Assembly (NCBI GenBank): GCA_963664325.2
Contig: CAXXDQ010000005.1
Coordinates: forward strand, 128,001-192,000
Direction: 5' to 3'
DNA length: 64,000 nt
Source: Desulfomonilia bacterium
GTDB taxonomy: Bacteria > Desulfobacterota > Desulfomonilia > UBA1062
A program made the position numbers and the translations under genes. Positions within the stretch are counted from its first letter, which is position 1; every line of letters starts with the position of its first letter. The notes below the pieces were generated by a model that saw only the letters and a program-made list of their open reading frames with translations, was not told the DNA's origin and made no database searches. Positions 1-9,686 of this stretch are shown here, piece after piece.

Positions 1-1
1 C

Positions 2-364
2 AGCTGCCTGTCCTTTCATTGTACCTTCCAGGATCAGGACCCTTGCCTCAATATCCCTGAGTTTTGTTACATCCGCTTTCGGGGAAGCCGATAGCTCCTC
101 GATCTTGCCCTGGATTTCCCTTATCTGCGTCTGAAGGTCATTGAATTGAGACTGGATGGATGCCTGGTTTTTCAAAGACTGGGCCTTGTCGCTGCTTATG
201 GTCCCCAGGTCCTTTTCAAGCTTGTCGTTTCTGGCTTTCAGGGCATCGAGTTCAGTCTTGAGGTTCGTAAAATCGCGCTGCGATGCACAGCCGGCAAGCA
301 TGAAAATTGCAGCGGAAAAAAGAATTATGCCGAATACCGATAGAGTCTTATTTTTCAAACGCAT
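2..364 (-). CDS. cpoB: Tol-Pal-associated CpoB/YbgF-like lipoprotein, 5' part (runs off window edge)
   Basis: Manual translation from ATG 364: MRLKNKTLSVFGIILFSAAIFMLAGCASQRDF... with lipobox LAGC, then a coiled-coil-like stretch; lies directly downstream of pal, the usual cpoB position; open to the window edge. Confidence 0.75.
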   Translation of the reverse strand, partial: MRLKNKTLSVFGIILFSAAIFMLAGCASQRDFTNLKTELDALKARNDKLEKDLGTISSDKAQSLKNQASIQSQFNDLQTQIREIQGKIEELSASPKADVTKLRDIEARVLILEGTMKGQAA

Positions 365-926
365 CAAAGTGTGCCCTCCTGTTTTTTGCCCAGGCTTCTT
401 CATTGTGACCCGAAGCCGCAGGCTTTTCCTTACCGTAGCTAATAACGGAAAGCCGGTTCCCGTCAATCCCCAGGAACATAAGGTATTTCTTGACCTCACC
501 CGCCCTTTTTTCTCCCAGGGCCAGGTTGTACTCCGTTGTTCCGCGTTCATCGCAATGGCCTTCAACCGTGATCTTGAGCTTCGGATGTGTTTTAAGGAAT
601 GCCGCTTTCGAGGCCAGTATCCTCTTGCCATCCTGTGACACGGTAAACTCGTCAAAATTGAAATAAATGTCTTCTTCTTCAAACTTTTTCAGACTGTCAG
701 CCGCTGCACTCATATCCTGCCCCGAGGAAGACTGCATTACGGGCATTTCAATCGGCTGGGGGATGATCTCCGGTGAAGGTGCTGTATTGAGCGATGTGCT
801 GTTCTGCCCCTGGTTCTGGCCATGAGGGCCGTAAACCTGCTCGATTTTTTTCTTGGCGCAAGCACAGGTAAGAATCATTACAAGCACAATAAGCAGGATG
901 AAGGTTTTTTTCTGCCGGATCATCAT
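348..926 (-). CDS. pal: Peptidoglycan-associated lipoprotein Pal
   Basis: Lipoprotein signal plus OmpA-like C-terminal domain (IYFNFD, VEGHCDERGTTEYNLALGEKRA, SYGKEKP, KNRRA). Confidence 0.95.
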   Translation of the reverse strand: MMIRQKKTFILLIVLVMILTCACAKKKIEQVYGPHGQNQGQNSTSLNTAPSPEIIPQPIEMPVMQSSSGQDMSAAADSLKKFEEEDIYFNFDEFTVSQDGKRILASKAAFLKTHPKLKITVEGHCDERGTTEYNLALGEKRAGEVKKYLMFLGIDGNRLSVISYGKEKPAASGHNEEAWAKNRRAHFDAFEK

Positions 927-1021
927 ATTCTCCTTGGAAGCACTTTCCTAATGATAAAAAATTTTATCACAGCTTGAACAATACATGTACATATAAAAAC
1001 ATACCATGAAATTCTGTATTC

Positions 1022-2311
1022 TTACCTGAGGACAGGACCCCATGCCGGCTGGCTGAATCGTCCTCCCGAATTCGTTACACGAACCGGTCTGCTGCCGTTC
1101 AGGTCGGTTATGTACAGGTTTCCGTCACCGGAGGCAAAGACCAAGAGCCTGCCGTCAGGTGAGAAGGCGGGGGAAAAGTCTTCAAAATCAGTGCCGCCAA
1201 GGACCCTCAGATCGGATCCGTCCGGCTTTATCGTGGCTATATGAAAAGCCCCGTTGTCTCCGACATATGTGAAGGCAATCAGGTCGCCTTTGGGTGAAAA
1301 TCTTGGTTCTGTATTCTTTTTCCCCTGGAAGGTGATCCTGCTTTCCTTTCCCGTCGAGAGGTCTTTTATGTAAAGCTGCGGCGAACCGCCCCTGTCGGAA
1401 CAGAATACAATCCTGCCCCCGTCCGGGGAAAAACTGGCAGAGGTGTCAATGCCTGCTGAATTGATGATGCGGGTGGTTGCTTTTGTGCCGAGGTCCATCA
1501 TGTATATGGACTGGTTGCCGTCTCTTGACATGGTCAGGGCCAGCTTCGACCCCGAGGGGTGAAAGGCTGGAGCCGTGTTTAGCCCCCTGGCGCCTGACAG
1601 AAGGGTCGCATTGCCCTGCGAAAAGTTTATCAGCCATAAATCAGGGTTTCTCCTTGCATAGGATACAAAGGCTATCCTGTTGCCGTCCGGAGAAAAGGCG
1701 GGGCTCAATACGATGTCGCCGGCTTTAGCCTTTAACAGCGGGAACCCGCCGGTTCCATCCGGCCTGCATGTGTACAGCGTCCGGCCCGAACCAGTCTGCA
1801 TCACGGAAACGATCTTCGAGTTGAACATGGGGGGAAGGCCCAAAGAATCCTTGAGAAATGAGTCCACAAAATTATTGATGCTCAGATAGACGGCATCCCT
1901 GAAGGGCTTGTAATCAAGGGAGGTCACGATCTTTCCGGTTATGTCGGCGGCCTCAAGCCGCAGGTTTACGGATTTGCCGTCAGCCGGGGTGAGGGAGCCC
2001 GTAACGATGAAATCGGCACCGATCAGGCTGAAGTCTGACAGCTTCGCCTGGGATGTCGATGAGATGGAGGCCTGTGACGGATAGGTTTTCGGGTCTATAA
2101 CGTCAAACACCCCGGCAATTTCAAGGTCTTTTTTCAATATTGCCCATGCCGGGCCTGCCAGATCGGTCGGACCTGCAAAAAGGGGCATGGCCACTTTTAC
2201 CTTCTTTACGCCGCCGGCCTGGATAACGATGGTTTCATCCTGTGCCCATGCGCTGCTAAAAAGAACAAAAAAGACAATTATAAACAAACCGGACAAAGTG
2301 CAACGTTTCAT
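1022..2311 (-). CDS. tolB: TolB beta-propeller protein
   Basis: Signal peptide, TolB N-terminal domain, repeated PD40 motifs (SPAFSPDG, SFSPDG, PRFSPKG); upstream of pal. Confidence 0.93.
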   Translation of the reverse strand: MKRCTLSGLFIIVFFVLFSSAWAQDETIVIQAGGVKKVKVAMPLFAGPTDLAGPAWAILKKDLEIAGVFDVIDPKTYPSQASISSTSQAKLSDFSLIGADFIVTGSLTPADGKSVNLRLEAADITGKIVTSLDYKPFRDAVYLSINNFVDSFLKDSLGLPPMFNSKIVSVMQTGSGRTLYTCRPDGTGGFPLLKAKAGDIVLSPAFSPDGNRIAFVSYARRNPDLWLINFSQGNATLLSGARGLNTAPAFHPSGSKLALTMSRDGNQSIYMMDLGTKATTRIINSAGIDTSASFSPDGGRIVFCSDRGGSPQLYIKDLSTGKESRITFQGKKNTEPRFSPKGDLIAFTYVGDNGAFHIATIKPDGSDLRVLGGTDFEDFSPAFSPDGRLLVFASGDGNLYITDLNGSRPVRVTNSGGRFSQPAWGPVLR

Positions 2312-2724
2312 TTATATCTCCTTAAATCTTCATGTGGTGTAACAAATGTAATTGTATATTCATCTTTTCCATCCGGCGGAGGAGGTAGCTTAATCTTGCT
2401 CAGGGCAGTTTCAACCGAACTGTCGTATGCTTTATTGCCGGAGGAAATAATCATTTTTTTACTGATGATTTCTCCTGTCTTGGAAATTTTTATAATATAT
2501 GTAACTTTGAGGTCAGGGTTAATATGCTGATCTTGTGGTAGTTGCCACACCTGTTTGAGTCTTAGCATTACGTTCCCGGCCCACTCCTCGTTTTTTGTAG
2601 CAGTATGCGTTATCGGTTCGGAGGAGATATCGGAAGTAATTTTCTTTTTCCCAGCGCATGCAGAGCATAACAAAATAATTATAAACATAACAAATATAAT
2701 TCGTTTAATATTAATCATTCTCAA
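2308..2724 (-). CDS. Lipoprotein carrying a second TolA/TonB C-terminal domain
   Basis: Hydrophobic signal ending CSACAGKKKI, then a domain aligning with the adjacent TolA C-terminus (QVWQ.P, PDLK.TY.I.IS..G.IISKK, SSGN..YD.SVE.ALS.IKLPPPP). Confidence 0.8.
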   Translation of the reverse strand: MRMINIKRIIFVMFIIILLCSACAGKKKITSDISSEPITHTATKNEEWAGNVMLRLKQVWQLPQDQHINPDLKVTYIIKISKTGEIISKKMIISSGNKAYDSSVETALSKIKLPPPPDGKDEYTITFVTPHEDLRRYK

Positions 2725-3371
2725 TTCCCATAAGGTGGAACGAATGTTAGTGACCCTATATATTCCCCTCCGGGCGGCGGTGGTAGCTTGATCCTGCTCA
2801 ATGCAATTTCAACTGAGCGGTCGTAAGGCCTGTTGCCCGAAGAGACCACCAGTTTCTTGCTTATTATATCCCCTGATCTCGAAATCCTGATATCGTAGGT
2901 CGCCTTCAGATCCGGGCTGATTGTTACCCCTTCCGGTATCTGCCATACCTGCCGGAATCTTGCTATTACAATTCCTGCCCATGCCTGATTCCTTGCAACC
3001 TCACCGTATCCGCTTTCACCTGAAGTTTCCACGTTTCCCTGACGGTTTTGCCGGCCCTGCTGCGGAGAGGGTGAAGGCCTGGCCGGCTCCGAATCCAGAT
3101 CGGGTTCCGGCAATCTGGAGAGGTTTTCATTGGCCGGTACGTCTTTTGAAATCTCCCCGAAGTCCCTGATTTTCGGTACAGGCGAAGGAACGGCAAAATT
3201 CTTGAAACTTCCACCTGAAACAGAGGCACCAGGGGGTCCGGGAACAATATCGACCTCATACACGACCGGAACCGCTTTTGCCTTTGAGGAGAAATCCGGC
3301 AGTATAACCCCTGCAAAAAATCCTATATGCAGTAAAAGGGATATAGCTATAAAAACATGAAACCTTCTCAT
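2721..3371 (-). CDS. tolA: TolA/TonB-family protein
   Basis: N-terminal TM with SLLLH (SHLS motif), Pro-rich linker, TonB/TolA C-terminal domain; between tolR and tolB. Confidence 0.8.
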   Translation of the reverse strand: MRRFHVFIAISLLLHIGFFAGVILPDFSSKAKAVPVVYEVDIVPGPPGASVSGGSFKNFAVPSPVPKIRDFGEISKDVPANENLSRLPEPDLDSEPARPSPSPQQGRQNRQGNVETSGESGYGEVARNQAWAGIVIARFRQVWQIPEGVTISPDLKATYDIRISRSGDIISKKLVVSSGNRPYDRSVEIALSRIKLPPPPGGEYIGSLTFVPPYGN

Positions 3372-3373
3372 CC

Positions 3374-3784
3374 TTACCTGTTCAAGGGTGGTTGAGTGAC
3401 AAGCCCCAGCTTCGTAAGACCCGAGCCCCTGATCAGGGCCATGACTTCCACGACATATCCATACGGCACCCCTTTGTCGGCCTGGAGGAATACGTTTTCA
3501 ATTCCCCTCTGCTGGACAATCTGCTCAAGCAGCGGGGTCAGCCTGGCTATTTCTATAGTAGAACCGTTGATATCAATTTTTTTATCCTTGCTTATGGTTA
3601 CAATTATATCCTGGGACTGGCTTGGGAGCGCTTTTGATTCCACCTCTGGGAGGTTTACATTCATACCTTCCTTCATCATGGGAGCGGAAACCATGAATAT
3701 TATGAGAAGCACCAGTATTACATCGACCAGGGGTGTTACGTTAATGCCCGATACGATTTTGCCTCTATTGTTTCCTGTCTCCAT
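3374..3784 (-). CDS. tolR: TolR/ExbD
   Basis: INVTPLVDVILVLLIIFMV, ADKGVPYG motifs. Confidence 0.92.
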   Translation of the reverse strand: METGNNRGKIVSGINVTPLVDVILVLLIIFMVSAPMMKEGMNVNLPEVESKALPSQSQDIIVTISKDKKIDINGSTIEIARLTPLLEQIVQQRGIENVFLQADKGVPYGYVVEVMALIRGSGLTKLGLVTQPPLNR

Positions 3785-4481
3785 ACAGGCTCCTCCTGGT
3801 CCAGTTCATGTACTCAATCATGAATTGATCCATCTGTCGGTATATGTGATCCATGACACCGGTGAAATAGTTATAAAAAAGGACCGCCGGTATTGCCACA
3901 AAAAGTCCTGCCGCCGTTGCAACAAGCGCTTCGGAAATGCCCGGTGCTACCGTTGCCAGATTTGCAGAACCCATAAGGCCTATTTCCCTGAACGAATCCA
4001 TTATTCCCCAGACGGTACCGAACAGGCCTATAAAAGGGGATGCATTGCTGATGCTGGCAAGAAATCCGAGCCCCCTGCCCAGGGACATGGACTCGTTTGC
4101 GGAAATGCTCTTGATCTTGCCCTCGATATTTTCCAGCAAGGCGGGTGAAATCGAATTGCTGGTGTCCGTTATCCTGTCAAACTCAAGCTGGGCGGCATTA
4201 TACAGTCTTGCGACGGGGGAATCACCGGCCTGCCTGACCCGTTCGGATATCTTTGACTGCAAGCCGCCTTGTCCCAGCGCGTTAAGGATAACTTCTCCGC
4301 TCTTCCTGGCCTTTTTAAACACTATCCATTTCTGGATGATGATCGCCCAGGAAATTACTGAAAAAACCAGCAGGCACGTAAGAACAATCTTTACAATGGG
4401 GTCAGAATCAATGACCATGGCCCCGATATCGCCCCTGAACTGGCCCGGAGCCGCAAACGCCGTCGCAGCCAGCATTAGCAT
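3765..4481 (-). CDS. tolQ: TolQ/ExbB proton channel protein
   Basis: SPFIGLFGTVWGIM and VAPGISEALVATAAGLFVAIPA motifs; GGGAGG RBS. Confidence 0.93.
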   Translation of the reverse strand: MLMLAATAFAAPGQFRGDIGAMVIDSDPIVKIVLTCLLVFSVISWAIIIQKWIVFKKARKSGEVILNALGQGGLQSKISERVRQAGDSPVARLYNAAQLEFDRITDTSNSISPALLENIEGKIKSISANESMSLGRGLGFLASISNASPFIGLFGTVWGIMDSFREIGLMGSANLATVAPGISEALVATAAGLFVAIPAVLFYNYFTGVMDHIYRQMDQFMIEYMNWTRRSLYGDRKQ

Positions 4482-4852
4482 GAGTACCTCCCGTTAAAAA
4501 ATTTATTTAAGGTAGTCTTTAGACACCTAAGTCTACATATATATTTTAAAGAGTCGTTTGTTCAAGTGCAAACCTCAAACCGTAAAGTTGATGGCATTCG
4601 GGGTTGCATTCTTTATATGTCCGCCGGGACCGGCGGTAATCATACCCCTCGGGTGTCGGCGCAAGGAGTTTGAATAATTCTTCAGAATTCACAATCCATT
4701 TGTACTCCATCCCTTTTTTAATTACCAGATGGAAAATCAAATTAATGGCACTTTTTGACATTTTGTTACTATTATATAACTACATGAATAAATAAAATAA
4801 TTTTAGACCTAAAGTATTATATTATTATTGACCGATAATAATGATTGTAATA

Positions 4853-4880
4853 TAGGCAAAATAGTGCCAAAAAGTGGCAT
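4853..4880 (+). promoter_or_regulatory. Probable MraZ operator boxes
   Basis: AGTGCC and AGTGGC at 10-bp spacing just upstream of mraZ; MraZ is known to bind GTGG-type direct repeats with 10-bp period. Confidence 0.45.
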
Positions 4881-4891
4881 AAGAGGTTTAC

Positions 4892-5335
4892 ATGTTTAAA
4901 GGTCACTTTGTAAACTCTATTAATGACAAGGGGAGATTGAGCATCCCGTCCCGCTTCAGGGATGAGCTGGAGGTGTGCGGCACCGATAAGCTTGTTGTCA
5001 CCAAGGGGATAGACTCCTGTCTCGTGGCATATTCTCCCGAAGAATGGGAAAAGGTGGAGGAAAAAGCCTCACACCTGTCAAGTTATAAACCTGCAGGCAT
5101 ATTCTACAAAAGACACGTGATCGGATCAGCCGATGAATGCTTGATCGATGCCCAGGGCCGTATACTTGTTCATGCGAGCCTGCGCGATTACGCCGGACTT
5201 AAGAATAAATGCCTGTTTGTCGGAATCACTGACCGCTTCGAAATCTGGAATCATGAAACTTATGAGAGGATTATGAAAGAAGCGCTGGCAAGCCCGGGAG
5301 ACCTTCGCGAAGAGCTCGCGAAGCTCGGGCTTTAA
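4892..5335 (+). CDS. mraZ: Transcriptional regulator MraZ
   Basis: MFKG..DKGRLSIPSRFR, IDAQGRIL, FEIWN; first gene of dcw cluster. Confidence 0.95.
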   Translation: MFKGHFVNSINDKGRLSIPSRFRDELEVCGTDKLVVTKGIDSCLVAYSPEEWEKVEEKASHLSSYKPAGIFYKRHVIGSADECLIDAQGRILVHASLRDYAGLKNKCLFVGITDRFEIWNHETYERIMKEALASPGDLREELAKLGL

Positions 5336-5339
5336 TCTC

Positions 5340-6260
5340 ATGCGGCATGTAACGGTACTCCTCGAGGAGGTCGTTCAGTTGATAGCTCCAAGGGACGGCG
5401 GCAGGTATTTCGATGGCACGCTAGGTGGCGGAGGTCATGCGCAGGCCATTCTCGATGCAAGCGCACCAACCGGAATGCTTGCAGGGACAGACCTTGATGC
5501 CGATGCCGTTTCGAAACTTCAGGAGACATTCAGGTCATTCGGTTCAAGGGCCAGTTTTTTCAGAGGCAATTACACTTCAATAGATACAGTATGCACGACG
5601 CTGGGCTGGGAGAGCCTCTCGGGCGTAGTACTTGATCTTGGTGTTTCCTCGTTCCAGCTTGACATGGCGGACAAGGGCTTTTCATTTTCAAAGGAGGCCC
5701 CGCTCGATATGAGATTTGAAAGTGAAGCCGGGTTATCGGCTTATGATGTCGTCAACAGATATGAAGAAAAGGAACTGGCCAGGGTTATCTGGGAGTACGG
5801 CGAGGAAAGATTTTCAAGAAGAATTGCCGGGAAAATTGCCTGTAACAGGCCGGTCGAGACCACCACGGCCCTTGCCGATCTTGTCTCCGGGGCAATCCCG
5901 AGGAAGTTCTGGCCTGTAAATATCCATCCTGCGACAAGGACCTTCCAGGCAATAAGGATAGAGGTCAACCGGGAGCTTGACAATCTCAGGGAATTCCTTC
6001 CCAAGGCGGCGACACTGCTTGAGCCGGGCGGCGTCATGGCAATAATTTCGTTCCACTCGCTTGAGGACAGGATTGTGAAACAGTTTTTTGCAGGTCCTGT
6101 GCCTGACATCTCCGCGAGGGAAATACCGGTTCCAGCCGGAACGGATATGCCGATGATGGAAAGGATAACAAAAAAACCGGTTATGCCCTCACCCGTGGAA
6201 ATCAACTCCAATCCGAGGGCAAGGAGCGCCAAACTCAGGGCTGCGAGGAGAAAAGGATGA
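5340..6260 (+). CDS. rsmH: 16S rRNA m4C1402 methyltransferase
   Basis: DGTLGGGGH, DLGVSSFQLD, HPATRTFQAIRIEVN, NPRARSAKLR. Confidence 0.97.
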   Translation: MRHVTVLLEEVVQLIAPRDGGRYFDGTLGGGGHAQAILDASAPTGMLAGTDLDADAVSKLQETFRSFGSRASFFRGNYTSIDTVCTTLGWESLSGVVLDLGVSSFQLDMADKGFSFSKEAPLDMRFESEAGLSAYDVVNRYEEKELARVIWEYGEERFSRRIAGKIACNRPVETTTALADLVSGAIPRKFWPVNIHPATRTFQAIRIEVNRELDNLREFLPKAATLLEPGGVMAIISFHSLEDRIVKQFFAGPVPDISAREIPVPAGTDMPMMERITKKPVMPSPVEINSNPRARSAKLRAARRKG

Positions 6261-6547
6261 GCAGATTCGACAAAAAGACGATGCTGCTTGCCGGTATCAT
6301 CTTTATATCATCCTTTTGCCTCTGGGCCATGTTCCATGTCTGGACAAGGACGTTTGCCATGGACCTTGGATATCAGATCAGCATGGAACAGGGCATCAAG
6401 CAGGAGTTTACAAACGAGAACAAGTCGCTAAGGCTGGAAATTTCAACACTGAAGAGAACCGACAGGCTTGAATCGATTGCGCTTAAAGACCTCGGAATGT
6501 CGCCCCCGGCCCCTGAACAGGTGGTGCACCTATGGAAAAACGAGTAA
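6257..6547 (+). CDS. ftsL: Cell division protein FtsL
   Basis: Single TM plus coiled coil (ENKSLRLEISTL, RLESIA...LGM); canonical position. Confidence 0.85.
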   Translation: MSRFDKKTMLLAGIIFISSFCLWAMFHVWTRTFAMDLGYQISMEQGIKQEFTNENKSLRLEISTLKRTDRLESIALKDLGMSPPAPEQVVHLWKNE

Positions 6548-8241
6548 ACGTCGTATTCGGCATCTTCCTTTTTCTGATGGTCGCCCTGTGTACAAAGGCA
6601 TTCCATCTGCAGGTGCTGAAGGCTGAAGACGTAATATCCCGTGCATACAGGAAATTTGAACACAGCGTCAGCCTGAGTCCCAACAGGGGCATAATATATG
6701 ACAGGAGAGGGCACCCGCTTGCAATAAGTCTGGATGTCAAATCCATTGCAGCAAACCCGAGGCTGATAAATGACGATAATGAGGTGTCGATAAAACTTGC
6801 CAAGGCCCTTAATACAGACCGGTTGTTGATCAGAAAACGTCTTAAGGAAGGCAAATATTTTGCCTGGATAAAGAGGCAGGCGACTCCGGACGAGATCAAG
6901 GCTGTAGAGTCGCTCAAGATAAAGGGGATAGGGTTTTTTAACGAAAAAAAGCGGTTTTATCCCGAAAGTGAAGCCCTGTCGAATATTCTGGGTTTTGTCG
7001 GCATTGACGGAAACGGCCTTGAAGGGCTCGAGTTGCAGTATGACCATATTCTGAAAGGGGCGCCCAAACAGATAGAAGTGGAAAAGGACGGGCTCGGACG
7101 CATAATATGCGCCCAGGGCGTCAAACCTGATATCAATGACAGCAAGGATGGAAACAGTCTCGGTCTTACTATCGATAAGAGACTCCAGTACATCTCCTAC
7201 TCATTCATCAAAGATGCGGTCGCAAGCAACAGCGCCAAATCGGGTTTTGTAATAATAACAAATCCCTATACGGGCGAAATTTACTCGATGGCATCCTATC
7301 CGGGATTTGACCCGAACATAGGTTCATTCAGGAACCTTTCCGGGCACCACAACCGTGCCGTAACAGATGTCTTCGAACCGGGCTCTGTAGTCAAGCCGAT
7401 ATGGGTTGCATGGGGACTTGACACCAATTATCTGAATGCTTCCCAGAGCGTTTTCTGTGAAAACGGGGCATATAAATTCCACCACTCAATTATAAATGAT
7501 CATGAAGGCAAAGGCTGGCTTAACGTCAGCGAGGTCGTCAAATACAGCAGTAACATAGGCATGGTAAAGCTGTTCAGCCCGGTTGATGCATCGAGGCTTT
7601 ATAGCTGTTTAAAGACTTTCGGGATCGGGACCCCTACCGGCATTGACTATCCGGGCGAACCTGCAGGCCTTGTCAGAAATCCGAAAGGCTGGCGCATGAT
7701 AGACAAGGCGACCATGGCCTTCGGACAGGGATTTGCCCTGACGGGGATACAGCTTATAACCGCCTTTAACGCCCTTGTAAACGGGGGGGTAATTATAAAA
7801 CCCCATTTTATAGATTACATATCCGATCCCAAGGGCAGGACAACAAAGTATCAGCCCACGATACTGAGAAAGGCGGTATCTGATAAGACATCGGAGGAAA
7901 TCGTTGACATTATGAAGACGGTGGTGTTGAAAGGCGGCACTGCCGAGGCTGCAAACATGAACAGCTATACTGTTTTCGGTAAAACCGGCACCGCTCAGAA
8001 AGTGGATCCCCTTACAAGAAGCTATTCAAGCGGGGCACATGTCACTTCATTCATAGGCGGGATAATGGATTCATCGGGCAGACCTGTCATGACAATGCTG
8101 GTCTGCATAGATGACCCCCATCCATATTACTATGCCAGTATAGTGGCATGTCCGGTTTTTAAGAGTATCGCCACGCAGTGTACTAATATCATGGATATGC
8201 GCCCCATAATAACACTGGCAAAGGAAGGGGGACGTGGATGA
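6532..8241 (+). CDS. ftsI: Peptidoglycan transpeptidase FtsI (PBP3)
   Basis: RGIIYDR, EPGSVVK (SxxK), SSN, KTG motifs. Confidence 0.93.
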   Translation: MEKRVNVVFGIFLFLMVALCTKAFHLQVLKAEDVISRAYRKFEHSVSLSPNRGIIYDRRGHPLAISLDVKSIAANPRLINDDNEVSIKLAKALNTDRLLIRKRLKEGKYFAWIKRQATPDEIKAVESLKIKGIGFFNEKKRFYPESEALSNILGFVGIDGNGLEGLELQYDHILKGAPKQIEVEKDGLGRIICAQGVKPDINDSKDGNSLGLTIDKRLQYISYSFIKDAVASNSAKSGFVIITNPYTGEIYSMASYPGFDPNIGSFRNLSGHHNRAVTDVFEPGSVVKPIWVAWGLDTNYLNASQSVFCENGAYKFHHSIINDHEGKGWLNVSEVVKYSSNIGMVKLFSPVDASRLYSCLKTFGIGTPTGIDYPGEPAGLVRNPKGWRMIDKATMAFGQGFALTGIQLITAFNALVNGGVIIKPHFIDYISDPKGRTTKYQPTILRKAVSDKTSEEIVDIMKTVVLKGGTAEAANMNSYTVFGKTGTAQKVDPLTRSYSSGAHVTSFIGGIMDSSGRPVMTMLVCIDDPHPYYYASIVACPVFKSIATQCTNIMDMRPIITLAKEGGRG

Positions 8242-9686
8242 GGGCATCAACTCTCACAGGCATGATTCCAGGCGCAGTCCTGAAAGGGTCTGATGCCGAG
8301 ATTTCAGGGATAACGGACGATACAAGGAAGATTAATGCAGGCGCTGCTTTTATTGCCCTTAAAGGGACTGTCACCGATGGACACAAATATATAAAGACAG
8401 CCCGGGAAAACGGTGCCGGCTTGATCATCTGCAATGCGGGTTCCGCCCCAGAGCAGGCTGCATTGCCGGTTATTGAAGTACCTGATACACGGGATGCACT
8501 AAAAACAATCCTTCCGGCCCTTTTCCCATCTGCCGGGAAATTGACACTTGCCGGCATTACCGGAACCAGCGGGAAGACTACGACTTCATACCTGCTTGAA
8601 TCCATTTTCAAGGCCGCGTGGAGAAATCCCGGCTTAATCGGGACCATTGAAATAAGATACGGAGGAGAAAGCATTCCTGCGAACGTGACTACCCCGGGTC
8701 CGGTCGAACTCTTCGGCATGCTCGATGATATGTGCAAAAAGGGCGTAGATGCCTGCATAATGGAGGTGAGTTCGCATGCCCTTGACCAGGGACGGGTCGA
8801 CGGTCTTATGTTCGATGCCGGCATATTCATGAATCTCTCACATGAGCATCTGGACTATCATAAGGACATGCAGGACTACCATAACGCTAAAAAAAGGCTT
8901 TTTACCGATTACCTCAGGGGCAGGGCTGTCATAAACATCGATGATGCGGCAGGCATGAGCATCAAGACCGAAATTCCGGATGCATTGAGTTTCGGAAATT
9001 CAATAGATGCGGACATAAGACCGCACTCGGTTAGAACGGATGAAGGTTCAATGATAATAAGCCTTGACACCCCCAGGGGCAGATTCGAACTGGCAAGCAA
9101 TCTTCTCGGACGTTTCCAGGTCTATAATATCATGGCTGCAACCGGGGCCGCCATGAGCCTTGGCATCGATACGGTGGCCATAATCGAAGGGATCGCAAAT
9201 CAGAGGTATGTGCCGGGACGCATGGAACCTGTGCCGAACAGCAAAGGGCTGAGAATCCTGGTCGATTATGCGCATAAACCCGAGGCGCTGGAGAATGCGC
9301 TTAAAGCGGCAAGGTCGCTTTCAGAAGGCAAAGTCCATACAATCTTCGGTTGCGGAGGAGATCGTGACAGGACAAAAAGGCCTTTGATGGCCGCCATTGC
9401 AGAAAAATATTCGGATACAGTTATCGTTACTTCGGACAATCCAAGGACAGAGGACCCGAATGCAATTATCAGGGAGATACTTGCAGGATTTACCAAAGGG
9501 TACGATCCGATAGTCGAACCTGACAGGGCCAAGGCCATCAAAATCGGTGTTGCACTGATGGAGCCGGAGGACATACTCATTATTGCAGGCAAAGGCCATG
9601 AAGACTATCAGATCATAGGGACAAAGAAGTATCCGTTTGATGACCGGACAATATCAAGGAAAGCTGTTCTGGAGGTTATGGCATGA
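8238..9686 (+). CDS. murE: UDP-MurNAc-tripeptide synthetase (mDAP-adding)
   Basis: GITGTSGKTT, MEVSSH, DYAH, DNPR, GKGHE. Confidence 0.96.
   Translation: MRASTLTGMIPGAVLKGSDAEISGITDDTRKINAGAAFIALKGTVTDGHKYIKTARENGAGLIICNAGSAPEQAALPVIEVPDTRDALKTILPALFPSAGKLTLAGITGTSGKTTTSYLLESIFKAAWRNPGLIGTIEIRYGGESIPANVTTPGPVELFGMLDDMCKKGVDACIMEVSSHALDQGRVDGLMFDAGIFMNLSHEHLDYHKDMQDYHNAKKRLFTDYLRGRAVINIDDAAGMSIKTEIPDALSFGNSIDADIRPHSVRTDEGSMIISLDTPRGRFELASNLLGRFQVYNIMAATGAAMSLGIDTVAIIEGIANQRYVPGRMEPVPNSKGLRILVDYAHKPEALENALKAARSLSEGKVHTIFGCGGDRDRTKRPLMAAIAEKYSDTVIVTSDNPRTEDPNAIIREILAGFTKGYDPIVEPDRAKAIKIGVALMEPEDILIIAGKGHEDYQIIGTKKYPFDDRTISRKAVLEVMA

Noticed and set aside
4546-4761. 71-aa minus ORF and GC hairpin CCGCCG-GGAC-CGGCGG (4621-4636) between tolQ and mraZ; considered rnpB, 6S RNA, SRP RNA or a riboswitch
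   Set aside because: None of the diagnostic motifs of those RNAs is visible, and the ORF has no good RBS or recognisable motif
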